A stretch of DNA of 64,000 bases from the NCBI GenBank assembly GCA_963703955.1, contig CAVPGK010000026.1:29119-93118 (forward strand). The letters are read 5' to 3'. The notes under the pieces are model-generated. The model was not told the DNA's origin and did no database searches. It saw only the letters and a list, made by a program, of their open reading frames with translations. Of the stretch, positions 22,109 through 34,378 are shown piece by piece. Numbering within the stretch: the stretch's first letter is position 1; each line of letters opens with the position of its first letter. Made by a program: the position numbers and the translations under genes. Source of the stretch: Nitrospirota bacterium (GTDB lineage Bacteria; Nitrospirota; Nitrospiria; Nitrospirales; Nitrospiraceae).

Positions 22109-22303
22109 ATGGTTTCAAGATTGTGGTCGTCAATCAGCGAATTTGTGAATGAGGTCAAAGCTGAGTTCCGGAAGATTTCCTTTCCCACCAAAGCGGAGAC
22201 CATCGGATCCACCACTGTCGTCATTATTTTCTGTGTGATCATGTCGATCTACCTTTCGGTCGTGGACACATTCCTCGTCTGGTTGATCAGAAAGGTCATT
22301 TGA
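22109..22303 (+). CDS. secE: Preprotein translocase SecE
   Basis: FVNEVKAEFRKISFPT followed by one transmembrane segment; upstream of nusG. Confidence 0.92.
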   Translation: MVSRLWSSISEFVNEVKAEFRKISFPTKAETIGSTTVVIIFCVIMSIYLSVVDTFLVWLIRKVI

Positions 22304-22341
22304 TCATAGGTTCGCGAACGGTCGAGTTGAGGGTTTGAGGA

Positions 22342-22884
22342 ATGCTGATGAATAAGAATTGGTATGTCATTCACACCTATGCCGGATTCGAAGGGCGGGT
22401 CAAGACCAGCATTCTGGAGCGTGCGAACCAGATGGGACTTGTGGAAAAACTCGGTCAGGTGCTGGTGCCGACAGAAGACGTTATAGAGATCAAGGACGGT
22501 AAGCGTCGGACCTCACGACGGAAGTTTTTCCCGGGCTATGTCCTCGTGGAGTTGGAAACTCCGCTCACGGATGAGACCGTCCAAATGATCAAGGAAACTC
22601 CGAAGGTCACGGGGTTTGTCGGCGGCGGGCCGCGTCCGATTCCATTGACGTCGGATGAGGCCGATTCACTTCTCAAACAAGTTGATTCGGGAACGGCCAC
22701 GCCCAGGGAGCAGGTCCGCTTTATTAAAGGAGATAACGTCCGGATCATCGACGGTCCGTTCTTGGGTTTCAACGGGCTGATTGACGAAGTCGATGCCGAT
22801 CACAATCGAGTGAAGGTGCTGGTCAGCATCTTCGGCCGATCGACCCCAGTCGAACTTGGATTTTTGCAGGTGGAGAGAATCTAG
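22342..22884 (+). CDS. nusG: Transcription termination/antitermination factor NusG
   Basis: WYVIHTYAGFE, FFPGYVLV, KOW motif GDNVRIIDGPF, SIFGRSTPVEL. Confidence 0.97.
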   Translation: MLMNKNWYVIHTYAGFEGRVKTSILERANQMGLVEKLGQVLVPTEDVIEIKDGKRRTSRRKFFPGYVLVELETPLTDETVQMIKETPKVTGFVGGGPRPIPLTSDEADSLLKQVDSGTATPREQVRFIKGDNVRIIDGPFLGFNGLIDEVDADHNRVKVLVSIFGRSTPVELGFLQVERI

Positions 22885-22970
22885 TCGAGCACGGTCGTCC
22901 TGTTTCCTGTTTCTGTAAGCCGTGTGAAGGCTGATCGCTGTGCACTCGCTGGCCCATAAGGAGTTGAAGA

Positions 22971-23393
22971 ATGGCGAAGGAGATAACCGGCCAAATCAAA
23001 CTGCAGATTCCAGCAGGGAAAGCCAACCCGGCCCCACCTGTCGGCCCCTCCCTCGGGCAGCATGGTGTGAATATCATGGAGTTCTGCAAACAGTTCAACG
23101 CCAAGACTCAGAAGGAAGAAGGCAGCATCATCCCTGTGGTGATTACAGTCTACAAAGACCGCACGTTCACCTTTATTACACGGACTCCTCCGGCCTCAGA
23201 CCTGTTGAAAAAGGCATCGGGCATCATTAAGGGATCCGGAGTCCCACACAAAGATAAGGTGGGCAAGATCACGAAGGCTCAACTGCGCGACATCGCGAAG
23301 CAGAAGATGTCGGATCTGAATGCCGTCGACCTTGAGGGTGCGATCAAGATCATTGAAGGAACCGCGCGGAGCATGGGTGTGGTGATTCAGTAA
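22971..23393 (+). CDS. rplK: 50S ribosomal protein L11
   Basis: [30 protein letters not shown]. Confidence 0.98.
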   Translation: MAKEITGQIKLQIPAGKANPAPPVGPSLGQHGVNIMEFCKQFNAKTQKEEGSIIPVVITVYKDRTFTFITRTPPASDLLKKASGIIKGSGVPHKDKVGKITKAQLRDIAKQKMSDLNAVDLEGAIKIIEGTARSMGVVIQ

Positions 23394-23614
23394 TGGGCCC
23401 AGCGCGATCGGCGGCGGGGCTGACCTCGCGCTCCATGCAGCTCAGATCACGGAGGAAGATGGTGTGTCTCCATTCGCCTGAGGATCGACTGACGTGGCGC
23501 GTGAGATAGGTGCTGAACATTGATGAAACCGTGCGCGCAGGCAAGCAACGCCTCAATGAGTCCCGCAAGCTTTGAGCGGCAAGGGGAGAAAGAAAGAAGG
23601 AAGGGGTAGGCGAC

Positions 23615-24307
23615 ATGGGGAAGAATATGACAGTGGCGATGGGGAAGATCCAGCCGAGACTGTACGGTCTCAAGGAAGCCATGGATGTCGTCAAGCAATC
23701 GGCGTATGCCAAGTTCGATGAATCGGTGGACCTGGCGCTCCGGCTTGGCGTTGACCCCAAGCGGGCCGATCAGATGGTTCGCGGTACCACGGTCCTTCCT
23801 CATGGAACAGGCAAGAAGGTTCGGGTGCTGGTCTTCGCCAAGGGTGAGAAGGAGCAGGAGGCGCGAGCGGCGGGTGCGGATCATGTGGGCGCGGACGACC
23901 TCATGGAAAAAATCAAAGGAGGGTGGATGGAGTTCGATCAGGCCATTTCCACTCCGGATCTCATGGCCGCGGTGGGAAAACTGGGAAAAGTCCTTGGCCC
24001 GCGCGGGCTGATGCCTAATCCTAAGACCGGCACGGTGACGTTCGAGGTAGCCAAGGCAATCGGCGATATCAGGAAGGGGCGAGTTGAATACAAGGTAGAA
24101 AAGGCGGGGATTGTCCAGGTGCCGATCGGAAAAGTGTCGTTTGACGCCACGCGGCTGTACGAGAACGCTCATTCCATCATTGAATCCGTGATGAAAGCCA
24201 AGCCCGCCTCCTGCAAGGGTCGGTACCTAAAGAGCGCAACGGTGTCGAGCACCATGGGACCTGGCGTCCGGCTCGACACGGTTGCCATTACAAAACAATG
24301 GAGCTAG
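23615..24307 (+). CDS. rplA: 50S ribosomal protein L1
   Basis: [36 protein letters not shown]. Confidence 0.98.
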   Translation: MGKNMTVAMGKIQPRLYGLKEAMDVVKQSAYAKFDESVDLALRLGVDPKRADQMVRGTTVLPHGTGKKVRVLVFAKGEKEQEARAAGADHVGADDLMEKIKGGWMEFDQAISTPDLMAAVGKLGKVLGPRGLMPNPKTGTVTFEVAKAIGDIRKGRVEYKVEKAGIVQVPIGKVSFDATRLYENAHSIIESVMKAKPASCKGRYLKSATVSSTMGPGVRLDTVAITKQWS

Positions 24308-24360
24308 GTAATGGACGCGCTGCGCGTTGAATCGGCTAGGCAGATCGACAGGAGAGTTGA

Positions 24361-25296
24361 ATGAAAAAGGACGAAAAGGCCACTGCGGTTGCTGAACTGC
24401 GCGAGAAGTTTTCGCGGGCCAAGCTTGCCGTGATGACGGAATGTACGGGGATTGAAGTGAATCAAGTCACGGAACTTCGTAAGCAGCTGCGGAGGGCCAA
24501 CGCGGAGTTCAAAGTCATGAAGAACACGCTGGCGGCTCGAGCTGTCGAGGGAACCCCGTTCATGAACGCGAAAGCCCATTTCAAGGGGCCTTTGGCAGTC
24601 CTGATCGGCTATGACGATCCTGCACTTCCGACGAAAATTTTGCGGGATTTTATGCGGGCGGAGAAACGCGAAGAGAAGATGAAGATTACCGTCGGGGTCT
24701 TGGAGGGCAAGCTGCTTGATGCGCCGCAGCTGGTCGCCGTCGCCAATTTGCCGACGAAAGATGTCCTGCTGTCCATGCTGCTCTCGGCGATGCAGGGGCC
24801 GCTTCGTGGGATGGTGTATGCGTTAAGTGGGTTGTTGAGAGGATTGGTGGGAGTTATTGTTGCGATTCAAGATAAGAAGAAAGGAGCGGGAGAGATGCCG
24901 ACGACAGAAGGAAAGTTATCACAGGAAGAGTTTATTAAAGCGATTGAAACCATGAGCGTGTTGGAGTTGTCCGAATTGGTGAAAGGGCTTGAGACGCGAT
25001 TTGGGGTCACGGCGGCGGCGCCGGTGGCGGTAGCCGCGACTCCGGCGGGCGGCGGGGGAGCGGCGGCAGCGGCGGAGGAAAAGACATCGTTTGATGTCAT
25101 CCTGGCCAGCGCTGCGGCGGACAAGAAAATTCAGGTCATCAAAGTGGTGAGGGAGTTGACCAGTCTGGGCTTGAAGGAAGCGAAGGACCTGGTAGAGGGT
25201 GCGCCCAAGCCGGTTAAGACCGGTGCGACGAAGGAAGAGGCCGAAACGATGAAAAAGAAGTTGGAAGAGAACGGAGGTAAGGTCGAGATCAAATAG
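24361..25296 (+). CDS. rplJ: In-frame fusion ORF of ribosomal protein L10 (aa 1 to ~175) and L7/L12 (aa 179-311)
   Basis: L10 motifs ([24 protein letters not shown]) continue without a stop into L7/L12 motifs. Confidence 0.9.
   Translation: MKKDEKATAVAELREKFSRAKLAVMTECTGIEVNQVTELRKQLRRANAEFKVMKNTLAARAVEGTPFMNAKAHFKGPLAVLIGYDDPALPTKILRDFMRAEKREEKMKITVGVLEGKLLDAPQLVAVANLPTKDVLLSMLLSAMQGPLRGMVYALSGLLRGLVGVIVAIQDKKKGAGEMPTTEGKLSQEEFIKAIETMSVLELSELVKGLETRFGVTAAAPVAVAATPAGGGGAAAAAEEKTSFDVILASAAADKKIQVIKVVRELTSLGLKEAKDLVEGAPKPVKTGATKEEAETMKKKLEENGGKVEIK
24895..25296 (+). CDS. rplL: 50S ribosomal protein L7/L12 from predicted internal start
   Basis: AAGGAG (24881-24886) 8 nt before in-frame ATG 24895; [56 protein letters not shown]. 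Confidence 0.85.
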   Translation: MPTTEGKLSQEEFIKAIETMSVLELSELVKGLETRFGVTAAAPVAVAATPAGGGGAAAAAEEKTSFDVILASAAADKKIQVIKVVRELTSLGLKEAKDLVEGAPKPVKTGATKEEAETMKKKLEENGGKVEIK

Positions 25297-25459
25297 CAAA
25301 GGCCGCCGCGAATCAGTCCTCATCAGCGGGCCATTGAGAACCTCCATGCCGATGGCGATTCGCCCGAGAGGATGGCGAGTCACGACTCGTGAGCGGATGC
25401 GGAAGCTTTCCTGACGGACTACTCATGGCAGGTTGACGATCTACGACGGAGGGACACGA

Positions 25460-28400
25460 ATGGTGGAATCGACTGTCAATGGTTTAATCGAGCGGAAAGA
25501 TTTTTCGAAGATCCGAGCGAACATTGACATTCCCGACCTGATTGGAATCCAGAAGCGCTCGTATGAACAGTTCTTGCAACTGGAAACAGATCCGGATCGG
25601 CGCGAGGATAAGGGGCTGCAAGCGGCCTTGGTCGGCGTGTTTCCGATTGCCGACTATAACAACACCGCGATTCTTGAATTTTCCAGCTACTCCTTGGGCC
25701 AACCCAAGTACGACGTGCGTGAATGCCTTGAGCAGGGCATGACCTTCGCGGTGCCTTTGAAGTTAAGGGTTCGGCTCGTCGTGTTCGACAAAGAAGACAA
25801 AGGACCCAAGAAAAAGGTGCTCGATGTGCGGGAGCAAGAGGTCTATGTCGGCGAATTGCCCCTCATGACGGAGCGAGGCACCTTTATCGTGAACGGGACC
25901 GAACGGGTGGTGGTCAGTCAGCTCCACCGTTCACCCGGCGCGTCCTTTACGCACGACAAAGGGAAGACGCACGCGAGCGGCAAGGTCCTCTATTCCGCGC
26001 GCATCATCCCGTACCGCGGCTCGTGGCTGGATTTCGAGTTTGACGCCCGCGATATCCTCTATGTGCGGATTGACCGTCGTCGGAAAATGCCGGCCACAAT
26101 CTTGCTGAAGGCCTTCGGCTACTCCGGGGACGATCTCCTCAAGATGTATTACCCGGTCGAAGAGATCCGCGTCGTCAAAGGGAAGTTGTTGCGGAGGTTG
26201 GACCCAGAGATTCACCACGGTTTGAAATGCCCGATTGAAATTACTGAGAAAGGCAGTAAGGAGCCGATTGTCCGGGAAGGCGGAAAGCTCACCAAGACGC
26301 TGATCACGCGAGTCCGGGCAGCGGGCGTGAAAGAAATTCCCCTAAGTGCTGCGGACCTGGCGGGGCGGGCGGTCCTGACCGAGTTGGTTGATCCGGTCAG
26401 CAAGGAGAAGATCCTGGAAAAAAACCACAAGCTCACACAGGCCACGATCGACAAGATCCTTACCAGCAACGTCGATAGCTTTAAGGCCATTTACCTCGAC
26501 ACGGCAACGGCAACCCCTGTCATCCTTGATACGCTGGAGATCGAGCGAACGGCCTCGAAAGAAGAGGCGATGGTGGAAATTTATAAGCGGTTGCGGCCGG
26601 GCGAAACGCCGTCGATCGAAACCGCGCGAGTCCTCTTTGAGAATCTGTTCAACAACCCCAAGCGCTACGACCTCTCGCCGGTCGGTCGGCTCAAGTTGAA
26701 TAAGAAACTGGGGCTGGATCTCGCGCTTGAGCAGCGGACGCTGACGGCTCAAGACATCGTCGAGGTCGTTCGGTACTTGGTCAACCTTAAGATGGGGAAA
26801 GGAGAGATCGACGACATCGACCATTTGGGCAACCGCCGGGTCCGGTCAGTGGGCGAGTTGCTCGAAAACCAGTTCCGGCTGGGTTTGGTCCGCATGGAAC
26901 GAAGCATCAAGGAGCGGATGAATCTCCTGGATATGGAGACGGTCCTGCCGCACGATCTGATCAACGCCAAGCCGGTCGTGGCGGCGATCAAGGAGTTTTT
27001 CAGCAGTAGCCAGCTTTCCCAGTTCATGGATCAGACGAACCCCTTGGCTGAAATTACGCACAAGCGCCGCTTGTCCGCATTGGGACCTGGCGGGCTGACT
27101 CGGGAGCGCGCAGGATTCGAGGTGCGCGACGTGCACCCGTCGCATTACAGCCGAATTTGTCCGATCGAAACGCCTGAAGGCCCGAACATCGGTCTGATTA
27201 CGTCGTTGGCGACCTACGCGCGGATCAATGACTTTGGGTTCATCGAGGCCCCTTATCGAAAGGTTCGGAAGGGTCGGGTCACCGATGAGATCGAGTTCCT
27301 CTCTGCGATCGAAGGTGAGCAATACATCATTGCCCAAGCGAACTCCAAGCTCGATGCATCTGGGCACTTGGTCTCGGAGACGGTGTCTGCGCGGCACGGG
27401 GGTGACTTTATCACCACGACGCCGGATAAGGTCGAGTACATGGACGTCTCCCCCAAGCAAGTGGTGAGCGTCGCGACGGCATTGGTTCCGTTTTTGGAGC
27501 ACGACGACGCGAACCGTGCGCTCATGGGCTCAAACATGCAACGGCAGGCTGTTCCATTGATTCGAACGGAAGCTCCCTTGGTAGGAACGGGTATGGAATC
27601 GGTCGTGGCGAGAGACTCCGGCTACGTGGTCCAAGCCAAACGGGCAGGTGTGGTGGAGAGTGTCGACGCCACCCGTATCGTGGTGAGAGCGGAAGCCAAG
27701 AAGAAGGACGAGGGCGGCCGGAAGAGTGATTCGTTGCTGGACGTCTATGACCTCATCAAGTTCCAACGGTCCAACCAAAACACCTGCATTACCCAGACTC
27801 CGGTGGTTCGAGTCGGGCAGCCGGTGAAAAAAGGACAGGTGCTGGGAGACGGACCCGCTATTGATCGGGGCGAACTCGCTTTGGGGCAGAACGTGCTGGT
27901 TGCGTTTATGCCGTGGGGAGGCTTTAATTTCGAAGACGCCATTTTGATCAGTGAAAAACTCGTCCGTGAAGATGCTTTTACTTCGATCCACATCGAAGAG
28001 TTCGAGGTCGAAGCGCGTGACACCAAGTTGGGCAAAGAAGACATCACCAGAGACATTCCGAACATTGGGGAGGAAGCGCTTCGGAATCTGGATGAAAGCG
28101 GCATCATCCGGATCGGCGCAGAAGTGAAACCGGGTGACATCCTGGTCGGCAAGGTTACCCCTAAAGGGGAAACCCAATTGACACCGGAGGAAAAACTGCT
28201 CAGGGCAATCTTCGGTGAGAAAGCGGGGGATGTCAAGGATACGTCCCTGCAGGTCCCTCCTGGAGTCGAGGGTATTATCGTCGATGTGAAGATTTTTTCC
28301 CGGAAGGGTCTGGATAAGGACGAACGGTCCAAGAGTATTGAGAGCGAAGACGTTCTGAAGTTGCAGCGAGATCATCAGGATGAGCTGCGGATCATTGAAG

Positions 28401-29428
28401 AAGAGAAGAACAAGAAGATTCGCAAGTTCTTGCTGGGCAAGGTGGTGGGTCGCGACCTTATGGATGCCGACAGCGGTGAAGTCACCCTGAAGAAGAAAGG
28501 GAAACTGACCGGGGAGATTCTCAAGAAACTCATGGATGAGAATATCCGGCACATTACGTTGAGCGATCCAGATGAGCAAAAGAGTCTCGAGGAGATCGAG
28601 CGGTTAGCGAAAGAGCAGAGTGAAATCCTTCAGACCCTATATGACGATAAAGTGGGTCGCCTCAAACGCGGGGATGAATTACCGCCCGGTGTGATCAAGC
28701 TGGTCAAGGTCTACATCGCCATGAAACGGAAGGTCTCGGTCGGTGACAAGATGGCAGGGCGTCATGGGAATAAGGGGGTCGTCTCGCGCATTCTACCCGA
28801 GGAGGATATGCCATATCTTCCGGACGGGACCCCGGTCGAGATCGTCCTCAATCCCCTTGGCGTGCCCTCTCGTATGAATGTAGGGCAGATCTTGGAAACC
28901 CACCTGGGATGGGCGGCGAAGGCCCTCGGGATTCAGGTTTCTAGTCCCGTCTTCGACGGTGCTTCGGAAAAGGAAATCAAGGACCTGTTGAAGAAGGCGA
29001 AGCTCTCGCCGAGCGGGCAAACGACGCTCTACGATGGGCGGACGGGTGATCCGTTCGGTAGCCCGGTGACGGTCGGATACATGTATATGCTCAAGCTCCA
29101 CCACCTGGTCGACGATAAGATTCATGCGCGATCGATCGGCCCCTACTCACTGGTGACGCAACAACCGTTGGGCGGGAAGGCCCAGTTTGGAGGGCAACGA
29201 CTTGGGGAGATGGAAGTATGGGCACTGCAGGCGTATGGCGCGGCGTCAACGCTTCAGGAGTTCCTCACGGTCAAGTCGGACGACGTTCCGGGTCGTTCGC
29301 GGATCTATGAGGCGATCGTCAAAGGGGAGAACTTCCTCGAACCGGGCTTGCCGGAATCGTTTAACGTGTTGGTCAAAGAGCTCCAGAGCCTCGGTCTTGA
29401 TGTGGAATTGATCAAAGCAAAAGACTGA
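25460..29428 (+). CDS. rpoB: RNA polymerase beta subunit
   Basis: [61 protein letters not shown]. Confidence 0.99.
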   Translation: MVESTVNGLIERKDFSKIRANIDIPDLIGIQKRSYEQFLQLETDPDRREDKGLQAALVGVFPIADYNNTAILEFSSYSLGQPKYDVRECLEQGMTFAVPLKLRVRLVVFDKEDKGPKKKVLDVREQEVYVGELPLMTERGTFIVNGTERVVVSQLHRSPGASFTHDKGKTHASGKVLYSARIIPYRGSWLDFEFDARDILYVRIDRRRKMPATILLKAFGYSGDDLLKMYYPVEEIRVVKGKLLRRLDPEIHHGLKCPIEITEKGSKEPIVREGGKLTKTLITRVRAAGVKEIPLSAADLAGRAVLTELVDPVSKEKILEKNHKLTQATIDKILTSNVDSFKAIYLDTATATPVILDTLEIERTASKEEAMVEIYKRLRPGETPSIETARVLFENLFNNPKRYDLSPVGRLKLNKKLGLDLALEQRTLTAQDIVEVVRYLVNLKMGKGEIDDIDHLGNRRVRSVGELLENQFRLGLVRMERSIKERMNLLDMETVLPHDLINAKPVVAAIKEFFSSSQLSQFMDQTNPLAEITHKRRLSALGPGGLTRERAGFEVRDVHPSHYSRICPIETPEGPNIGLITSLATYARINDFGFIEAPYRKVRKGRVTDEIEFLSAIEGEQYIIAQANSKLDASGHLVSETVSARHGGDFITTTPDKVEYMDVSPKQVVSVATALVPFLEHDDANRALMGSNMQRQAVPLIRTEAPLVGTGMESVVARDSGYVVQAKRAGVVESVDATRIVVRAEAKKKDEGGRKSDSLLDVYDLIKFQRSNQNTCITQTPVVRVGQPVKKGQVLGDGPAIDRGELALGQNVLVAFMPWGGFNFEDAILISEKLVREDAFTSIHIEEFEVEARDTKLGKEDITRDIPNIGEEALRNLDESGIIRIGAEVKPGDILVGKVTPKGETQLTPEEKLLRAIFGEKAGDVKDTSLQVPPGVEGIIVDVKIFSRKGLDKDERSKSIESEDVLKLQRDHQDELRIIEEEKNKKIRKFLLGKVVGRDLMDADSGEVTLKKKGKLTGEILKKLMDENIRHITLSDPDEQKSLEEIERLAKEQSEILQTLYDDKVGRLKRGDELPPGVIKLVKVYIAMKRKVSVGDKMAGRHGNKGVVSRILPEEDMPYLPDGTPVEIVLNPLGVPSRMNVGQILETHLGWAAKALGIQVSSPVFDGASEKEIKDLLKKAKLSPSGQTTLYDGRTGDPFGSPVTVGYMYMLKLHHLVDDKIHARSIGPYSLVTQQPLGGKAQFGGQRLGEMEVWALQAYGAASTLQEFLTVKSDDVPGRSRIYEAIVKGENFLEPGLPESFNVLVKELQSLGLDVELIKAKD

Positions 29429-29454
29429 GGAAGAGCCCTAACCTTGTGTTGGGT

Positions 29455-29641
29455 GGCTGATCAAACGGGCCATCCAGCGAAGCCGAAGACGAGACAAGAC
29501 CGGAGGCGTAGCCTCCGGGCTACATTGAGGGCGGACGGCGCGATGAATAAAGAGCGCCACGTTTGTGAGTGCCGCCGAGTTGGTGAGGCGCTCGGTTCCT
29601 TTCAACGCCGAGAACCGAGTTGGGGGCCAGTTTCAGCAGCC
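29455..29641. mobile_element. MITE-like element (family A) carrying a different cassette (Y)
   Basis: Imperfect terminal inverted repeats GGCTGATCAAACGGGCC / GGCCAGTTTCAGCAGCC; shares ACCGGAGGCGTAGCC...GCTAC.T.GAGG with 21805-21973. Confidence 0.7.
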
Positions 29642-29658
29642 AGGAGGAGGGATCAACC

Positions 29659-32600
29659 TTGGAAGGCATATATACGCTATTTGAAAAGCCTCGGGATTCG
29701 ATGTCCTTCGATACCATGCGTATTCGGATCGCCTCGCCGGAGAAGATTCGTTCGTGGTCTTATGGCGAGGTGAAGAAGCCTGAGACCATTAACTATCGGT
29801 CGTTCAAACCCGAGAAGGACGGTCTCTTTTGCGCCAAGATCTTCGGTCCGATCAAGGACTGGGAGTGCAATTGCGGAAAATACAAGCGGATGAAGCATCG
29901 CGGGATCGTCTGCGACAAATGCGGTGTCGAAGTGATTCAGTCCAAAGTTCGACGCGAGCGCATGGGCCACATTGAGCTGGCGGCTCCTGTCGCGCATATC
30001 TGGTTTCTCAAAGGCGTGCCGAGCCGGATCGGAACGCTTCTGGACATGAGCCTTAAACATCTCGAAAAAATCCTCTATTTCGAGAGCTACGTGGTGACGG
30101 ATTCGGGGAACACGTCGCTGAAGGAAAAGGAGTTACTGACGGAAGAAGATCTCCGGAAGCTTCAGGACGAGCATGGCGCCGGCGCCTTTAAGGCCGGCAT
30201 CGGCGCGGAGGCGATCCGCGATCTTCTACGAAAAATCGATATCAACACCCTCTGGGATGAGTTGCAGGCGAAATCTAAGAGCTCGACCTCAGCGGCGCTC
30301 AAAAAGAAATACGCGAAGCGGCTGAAAGTGATTGAGGCCTTCCGGAAATCAGGCAACAAACCCGAGTGGATGGTCATGGATGTCATCCCCGTGCTGCCGC
30401 CTGAGCTGCGTCCGTTGGTGCCGCTGGACGGCGGGCGATTTGCCACCTCCGATCTGAACGACCTGTACCGGCGTGTCATCAACCGGAACAATCGACTGAA
30501 GCGGTTGATCGAGCTCAAGGCACCCGGTGTGATCATTCGTAACGAGATGCGGATGCTTCAGGAGGCTGTGGATGCGCTGTTCGATAACGGCCGGAGAGGG
30601 CGGGCGATTCGGGGTCCCAACAAGCGACCACTCAAATCGTTGAGCGACATGTTGAAAGGCAAACAGGGCCGCTTCCGGCAGAACCTGCTCGGCAAGCGGG
30701 TCGATTATTCGGGCCGTTCGGTCATCGTCGTAGGTCCGGAGCTCCGGCTGCATCAGTGCGGGTTGCCCAAGAAGATGGCGTTGGAACTCTTCAAGCCATT
30801 CATCTTCCACAAGCTGGAAGCCCGTGGGGCGGCGACCACGATCAAGAGCGCGAAACGGTTGGTCGAGAAAGAGCGTCCCGAAGTATGGGATGTGTTAGAT
30901 GAGGTCATTCGTGAGCATCCCGTGCTGCTCAACCGCGCTCCTACCCTCCACCGTTTGGGGATTCAGGCGTTCGACCCTGTGCTGGTGGAAGGCAAGGCGA
31001 TTCGCCTGCATCCATTGGTGTGCGCCGCATTCAACGCAGATTTCGACGGCGACCAAATGGCCGTTCATGTGCCGCTCTCGGTCGAGGCGCAGATCGAGGC
31101 GCGCGTCCTCATGATGTCGATCAACAATATCTTGTCTCCCGCCAACGGCAAACCGATCGCCGTGCCGTCCCAAGACATGGTGTTGGGATGCTACTGGTTG
31201 ACGAAGGAACGGCCCGGCGCCAAGGGCGAAGGGAAGATTTTTTCGTCGGCCGAGGAGGTGCGGATCGCATACGACGCGTATGAAGTGGAAGAGCATGCCA
31301 AGATCAAAGTGCGGATCGACGGCGCGCTGGTTGCCACGACAGTCGGGCGAGTCATCTTGGGAGAAATTCTGCCGGCATCGATTCCGTTCTCACATGCTAA
31401 TCAGTTGATGACCAAGAAGGAGATGACGAAACTGATCGATACGGTGTATCGCCAGGCAGGTCACCGGGAGACCGCGGTCCTACTGGACAAGATCAAGGAT
31501 ATTGGATTTACCTATGCCACAAAAGCCGGCGTGTCGATCTGTATCGACAACATGCATATTCCGACGAAGAAGGAGGAATTGATCACGCGGGCGCAACGGG
31601 AAGTCAACGAAATTGAAAAGCAGTACGGCGAGGGCCTGATTACAAACGGCGAACGCTACAACAAGGTCATCGACATTTGGGCGCACGTGACCGAGCAGGT
31701 GGCCAACGAAATGATGAAGGAATTGGGAATTGGCGGGGACGGCCGGACGCACGAGGCATTCAATCCGATCTTCATGATGGCCGATTCCGGCGCACGCGGC
31801 AGCTCGCAGCAGATCCGCCAGTTGGGCGGGATGCGCGGACTGATGGCGAAACCCTCCGGTGAGATCATCGAGACCCCCATCACCGCCAATTTCCGCGAGG
31901 GATTGACGGTGTTGCAGTACTTCATTTCGACGCACGGCGCCAGGAAGGGTCTCGCCGACACTGCGTTGAAGACCGCGAACTCCGGCTATCTGACCCGGCG
32001 GCTCGTGGACATTTCACAGGATGTCATCGTCACAGAGGTCGATTGTGAGACTGCTGACGGGATCGTGGTAACCGCCTTGGTCGAAGGCGGGGAGATCATT
32101 CAGCCGTTGGAAGACCGTATTCTGGGTCGATTGGCGGCCGAAGATATTCGCGACCCGCTCACCGGCGAGATTATCGTGAAAGCCGACGAGGAAGTCGACG
32201 AAGAACGGGCGAGGGGCGTCGTTGAAGCCGGCGTCGATCGGGTGAAGATTCGTTCGGTTCTGACCTGCCAGTCCAGACGCGGGGTCTGTATGAAGTGTTA
32301 TGGTCGCGACCTGTCGCGGGGACGGTTGGTTGAGAAGGGGGAGCCGGTTGGTGTTATCGCGGCTCAGTCCATCGGGGAGCCGGGGACGCAGCTGACGATG
32401 AGAACCTTCCATATCGGCGGAACCGCCAGCAAGGTCGTCGAGCAGACAGTGCTCGAAGCCAAGCATGCCGGAGCCCTGAAGTTCATGAGCTTCGACGCCA
32501 AAAAGAATGCCGATTTGCACAACGGCACGATCGCCGTCAAGAATAAGGACGGCGAATGGGTCGTGATGAACCGAAACGCGAAGATCGCAATCTATGATGA

Positions 32601-33837
32601 GAATGGTCGCGAACGAGAAAAATATCCGGTCGTCTACGGTGCCCGCATCAAAGTCAAGGACGGCGGCCGTGTTGAAGCAGGACAGAAGTTGGTCGAATGG
32701 GATCCCTACTCGTTGCTCATTCTCACGGATGTCGGCGGCAAGGTCGCCTATGGGGACATTGTCGAGGGCGTGACCATGAAGGAGGAATTTGACGAGGTCA
32801 CCGGTCTCTCTCGGAAGGTGGTCATTGAGCATGCTGGAGCCACGCTTAGGCCGCGCATTTCCATTAAGGATGAGGGCGGCAAGACAGCAAAGGTGTCGAG
32901 CGCGGCGGCGGTCGCCCGGTATCTTCTGCCGGTAGGGGCTCACATTCTTGTCGAGAAAGGTGGCGCGGTGCATCCTGGGGATGTGCTGGCGAAGATCCCG
33001 CGGGAGACGACTAAGACCAAAGACATTACCGGAGGTCTGCCTCGTGTCGCCGAATTGTTTGAGGCCAGAAAACCGAAAGAGCAGGCTGTCATCAGTGAAA
33101 TCGACGGAGAAGTGTCGTATGGCGGGTTCGTCAAGGGCATGCGGAAGGTTCTGGTCGATAATAAGGTGGGGGACGTGAAGGAATACTTCATTCCCAAAGG
33201 GAAACACGTCAATGTGCACGAAGGTGACTGGGTTAGAGCCGGTGAGCCGTTGATGGATGGATCCGCGAATCCGCATGACATTTTGGATGTCTTGGGTCCA
33301 AAGGAACTTCAAAAGTACCTTGTCGATGAAGTGCAGGATGTCTATCGGCTGCAAGGGGTCTCGATCAACGACAAGCATATCGAGATTATCGTACGCCAGA
33401 TGCTTCGGAAGGTACGGATCGAGGACCCGGGCGACACGGAATTTCTTCCGGGCAGCCAGGTCAGCCGCTTTGAGTTTGAGGACAAGAACGAGCAGGTTCT
33501 GGCCAACGGCGGACGGCCTGCGCTCGGAAAGCCGGTCTTGCTCGGCATCACCAAAGCTGCGTTGACGACGGATAGCTTCATTTCGGCAGCGTCCTTCCAA
33601 GAAACCACGCGAGTGCTGACCGAAGCGTCGATCAACGGTAGAGAAGATCCCCTCCTGGGTCTCAAGGAAAACGTGATCGTGGGTCGGCTGATCCCAGCCG
33701 GTACCGGATTTGATGAGTATCGAGACACCTACGTCATCAGTCCAAGACAGGAAGCGCCCGTTCCGGCGTTGGCGGATGAACCTATTGAGATCGGGAAGGA
33801 TGTTCAAGAGACCGATCGTGATGCGAGGGGCGCGTAA
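29659..33837 (+). CDS. rpoC: RNA polymerase beta' subunit
   Basis: TTG start after GGAGGAGG; zinc ribbon, [37 protein letters not shown]. Confidence 0.99.
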   Translation: MEGIYTLFEKPRDSMSFDTMRIRIASPEKIRSWSYGEVKKPETINYRSFKPEKDGLFCAKIFGPIKDWECNCGKYKRMKHRGIVCDKCGVEVIQSKVRRERMGHIELAAPVAHIWFLKGVPSRIGTLLDMSLKHLEKILYFESYVVTDSGNTSLKEKELLTEEDLRKLQDEHGAGAFKAGIGAEAIRDLLRKIDINTLWDELQAKSKSSTSAALKKKYAKRLKVIEAFRKSGNKPEWMVMDVIPVLPPELRPLVPLDGGRFATSDLNDLYRRVINRNNRLKRLIELKAPGVIIRNEMRMLQEAVDALFDNGRRGRAIRGPNKRPLKSLSDMLKGKQGRFRQNLLGKRVDYSGRSVIVVGPELRLHQCGLPKKMALELFKPFIFHKLEARGAATTIKSAKRLVEKERPEVWDVLDEVIREHPVLLNRAPTLHRLGIQAFDPVLVEGKAIRLHPLVCAAFNADFDGDQMAVHVPLSVEAQIEARVLMMSINNILSPANGKPIAVPSQDMVLGCYWLTKERPGAKGEGKIFSSAEEVRIAYDAYEVEEHAKIKVRIDGALVATTVGRVILGEILPASIPFSHANQLMTKKEMTKLIDTVYRQAGHRETAVLLDKIKDIGFTYATKAGVSICIDNMHIPTKKEELITRAQREVNEIEKQYGEGLITNGERYNKVIDIWAHVTEQVANEMMKELGIGGDGRTHEAFNPIFMMADSGARGSSQQIRQLGGMRGLMAKPSGEIIETPITANFREGLTVLQYFISTHGARKGLADTALKTANSGYLTRRLVDISQDVIVTEVDCETADGIVVTALVEGGEIIQPLEDRILGRLAAEDIRDPLTGEIIVKADEEVDEERARGVVEAGVDRVKIRSVLTCQSRRGVCMKCYGRDLSRGRLVEKGEPVGVIAAQSIGEPGTQLTMRTFHIGGTASKVVEQTVLEAKHAGALKFMSFDAKKNADLHNGTIAVKNKDGEWVVMNRNAKIAIYDENGREREKYPVVYGARIKVKDGGRVEAGQKLVEWDPYSLLILTDVGGKVAYGDIVEGVTMKEEFDEVTGLSRKVVIEHAGATLRPRISIKDEGGKTAKVSSAAAVARYLLPVGAHILVEKGGAVHPGDVLAKIPRETTKTKDITGGLPRVAELFEARKPKEQAVISEIDGEVSYGGFVKGMRKVLVDNKVGDVKEYFIPKGKHVNVHEGDWVRAGEPLMDGSANPHDILDVLGPKELQKYLVDEVQDVYRLQGVSINDKHIEIIVRQMLRKVRIEDPGDTEFLPGSQVSRFEFEDKNEQVLANGGRPALGKPVLLGITKAALTTDSFISAASFQETTRVLTEASINGREDPLLGLKENVIVGRLIPAGTGFDEYRDTYVISPRQEAPVPALADEPIEIGKDVQETDRDARGA

Positions 33838-33848
33838 GCGAGCTGAGC

Positions 33849-33877
33849 TTGACACGGTACCCCCGCTTCATTATAAT
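33849..33877 (+). promoter_or_regulatory. Consensus sigma-70 promoter of str operon
   Basis: TTGACA-N17-TATAAT. Confidence 0.85.
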
Positions 33878-33920
33878 CCGTCGGCTTTGGGCGGATGGTG
33901 AGTGAAATCATAAGGACTGC

Positions 33921-34292
33921 ATGCCAACGATCAATCAATTGGTGCGCCAGGGTAGGCGACTCGCGGAGGGGAAGACCAAGAGCCCGGCGCTCAGGCGGTG
34001 TCCGCAAAAACGTGGAGTCTGCATACGGGTCTACACCTCGACACCGAAAAAACCCAATTCGGCCCTGCGCAAAGTGGCGCGCGTCCGTTTGACAAACGGG
34101 ATGGAAGTCACCTCGTATATTCCCGGTGTCGGACATAACCTGCAAGAGCACTCGATCGTGCTTGTTCGCGGTGGTCGTGTCAAGGATCTTCCCGGTGTCC
34201 GTTATCACGTGGTGCGAGGCGCGCTGGATGCGGTGGGCGTCGCTAACCGGAAACAAGGGCGGTCGAAATATGGCGCCAAGCGACCAAAGTAA
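33921..34292 (+). CDS. rpsL: 30S ribosomal protein S12
   Basis: [31 protein letters not shown]. Confidence 0.99.
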   Translation: MPTINQLVRQGRRLAEGKTKSPALRRCPQKRGVCIRVYTSTPKKPNSALRKVARVRLTNGMEVTSYIPGVGHNLQEHSIVLVRGGRVKDLPGVRYHVVRGALDAVGVANRKQGRSKYGAKRPK

Positions 34293-34378
34293 GACTGAAG
34301 AAAGTACGAATCGGTGAATGACAACGGTGGTTTCCTCCGCGGAAATCGCCCATCAGAGAATTCACAAACAGGAACGGC

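Noticed and set aside
32014..33855. 613-aa antisense ORF, and similar ones such as 27530-28579 and 46608-47429
   Set aside because: Shadow frames of conserved genes in GC-rich DNA; no recognisable motifs
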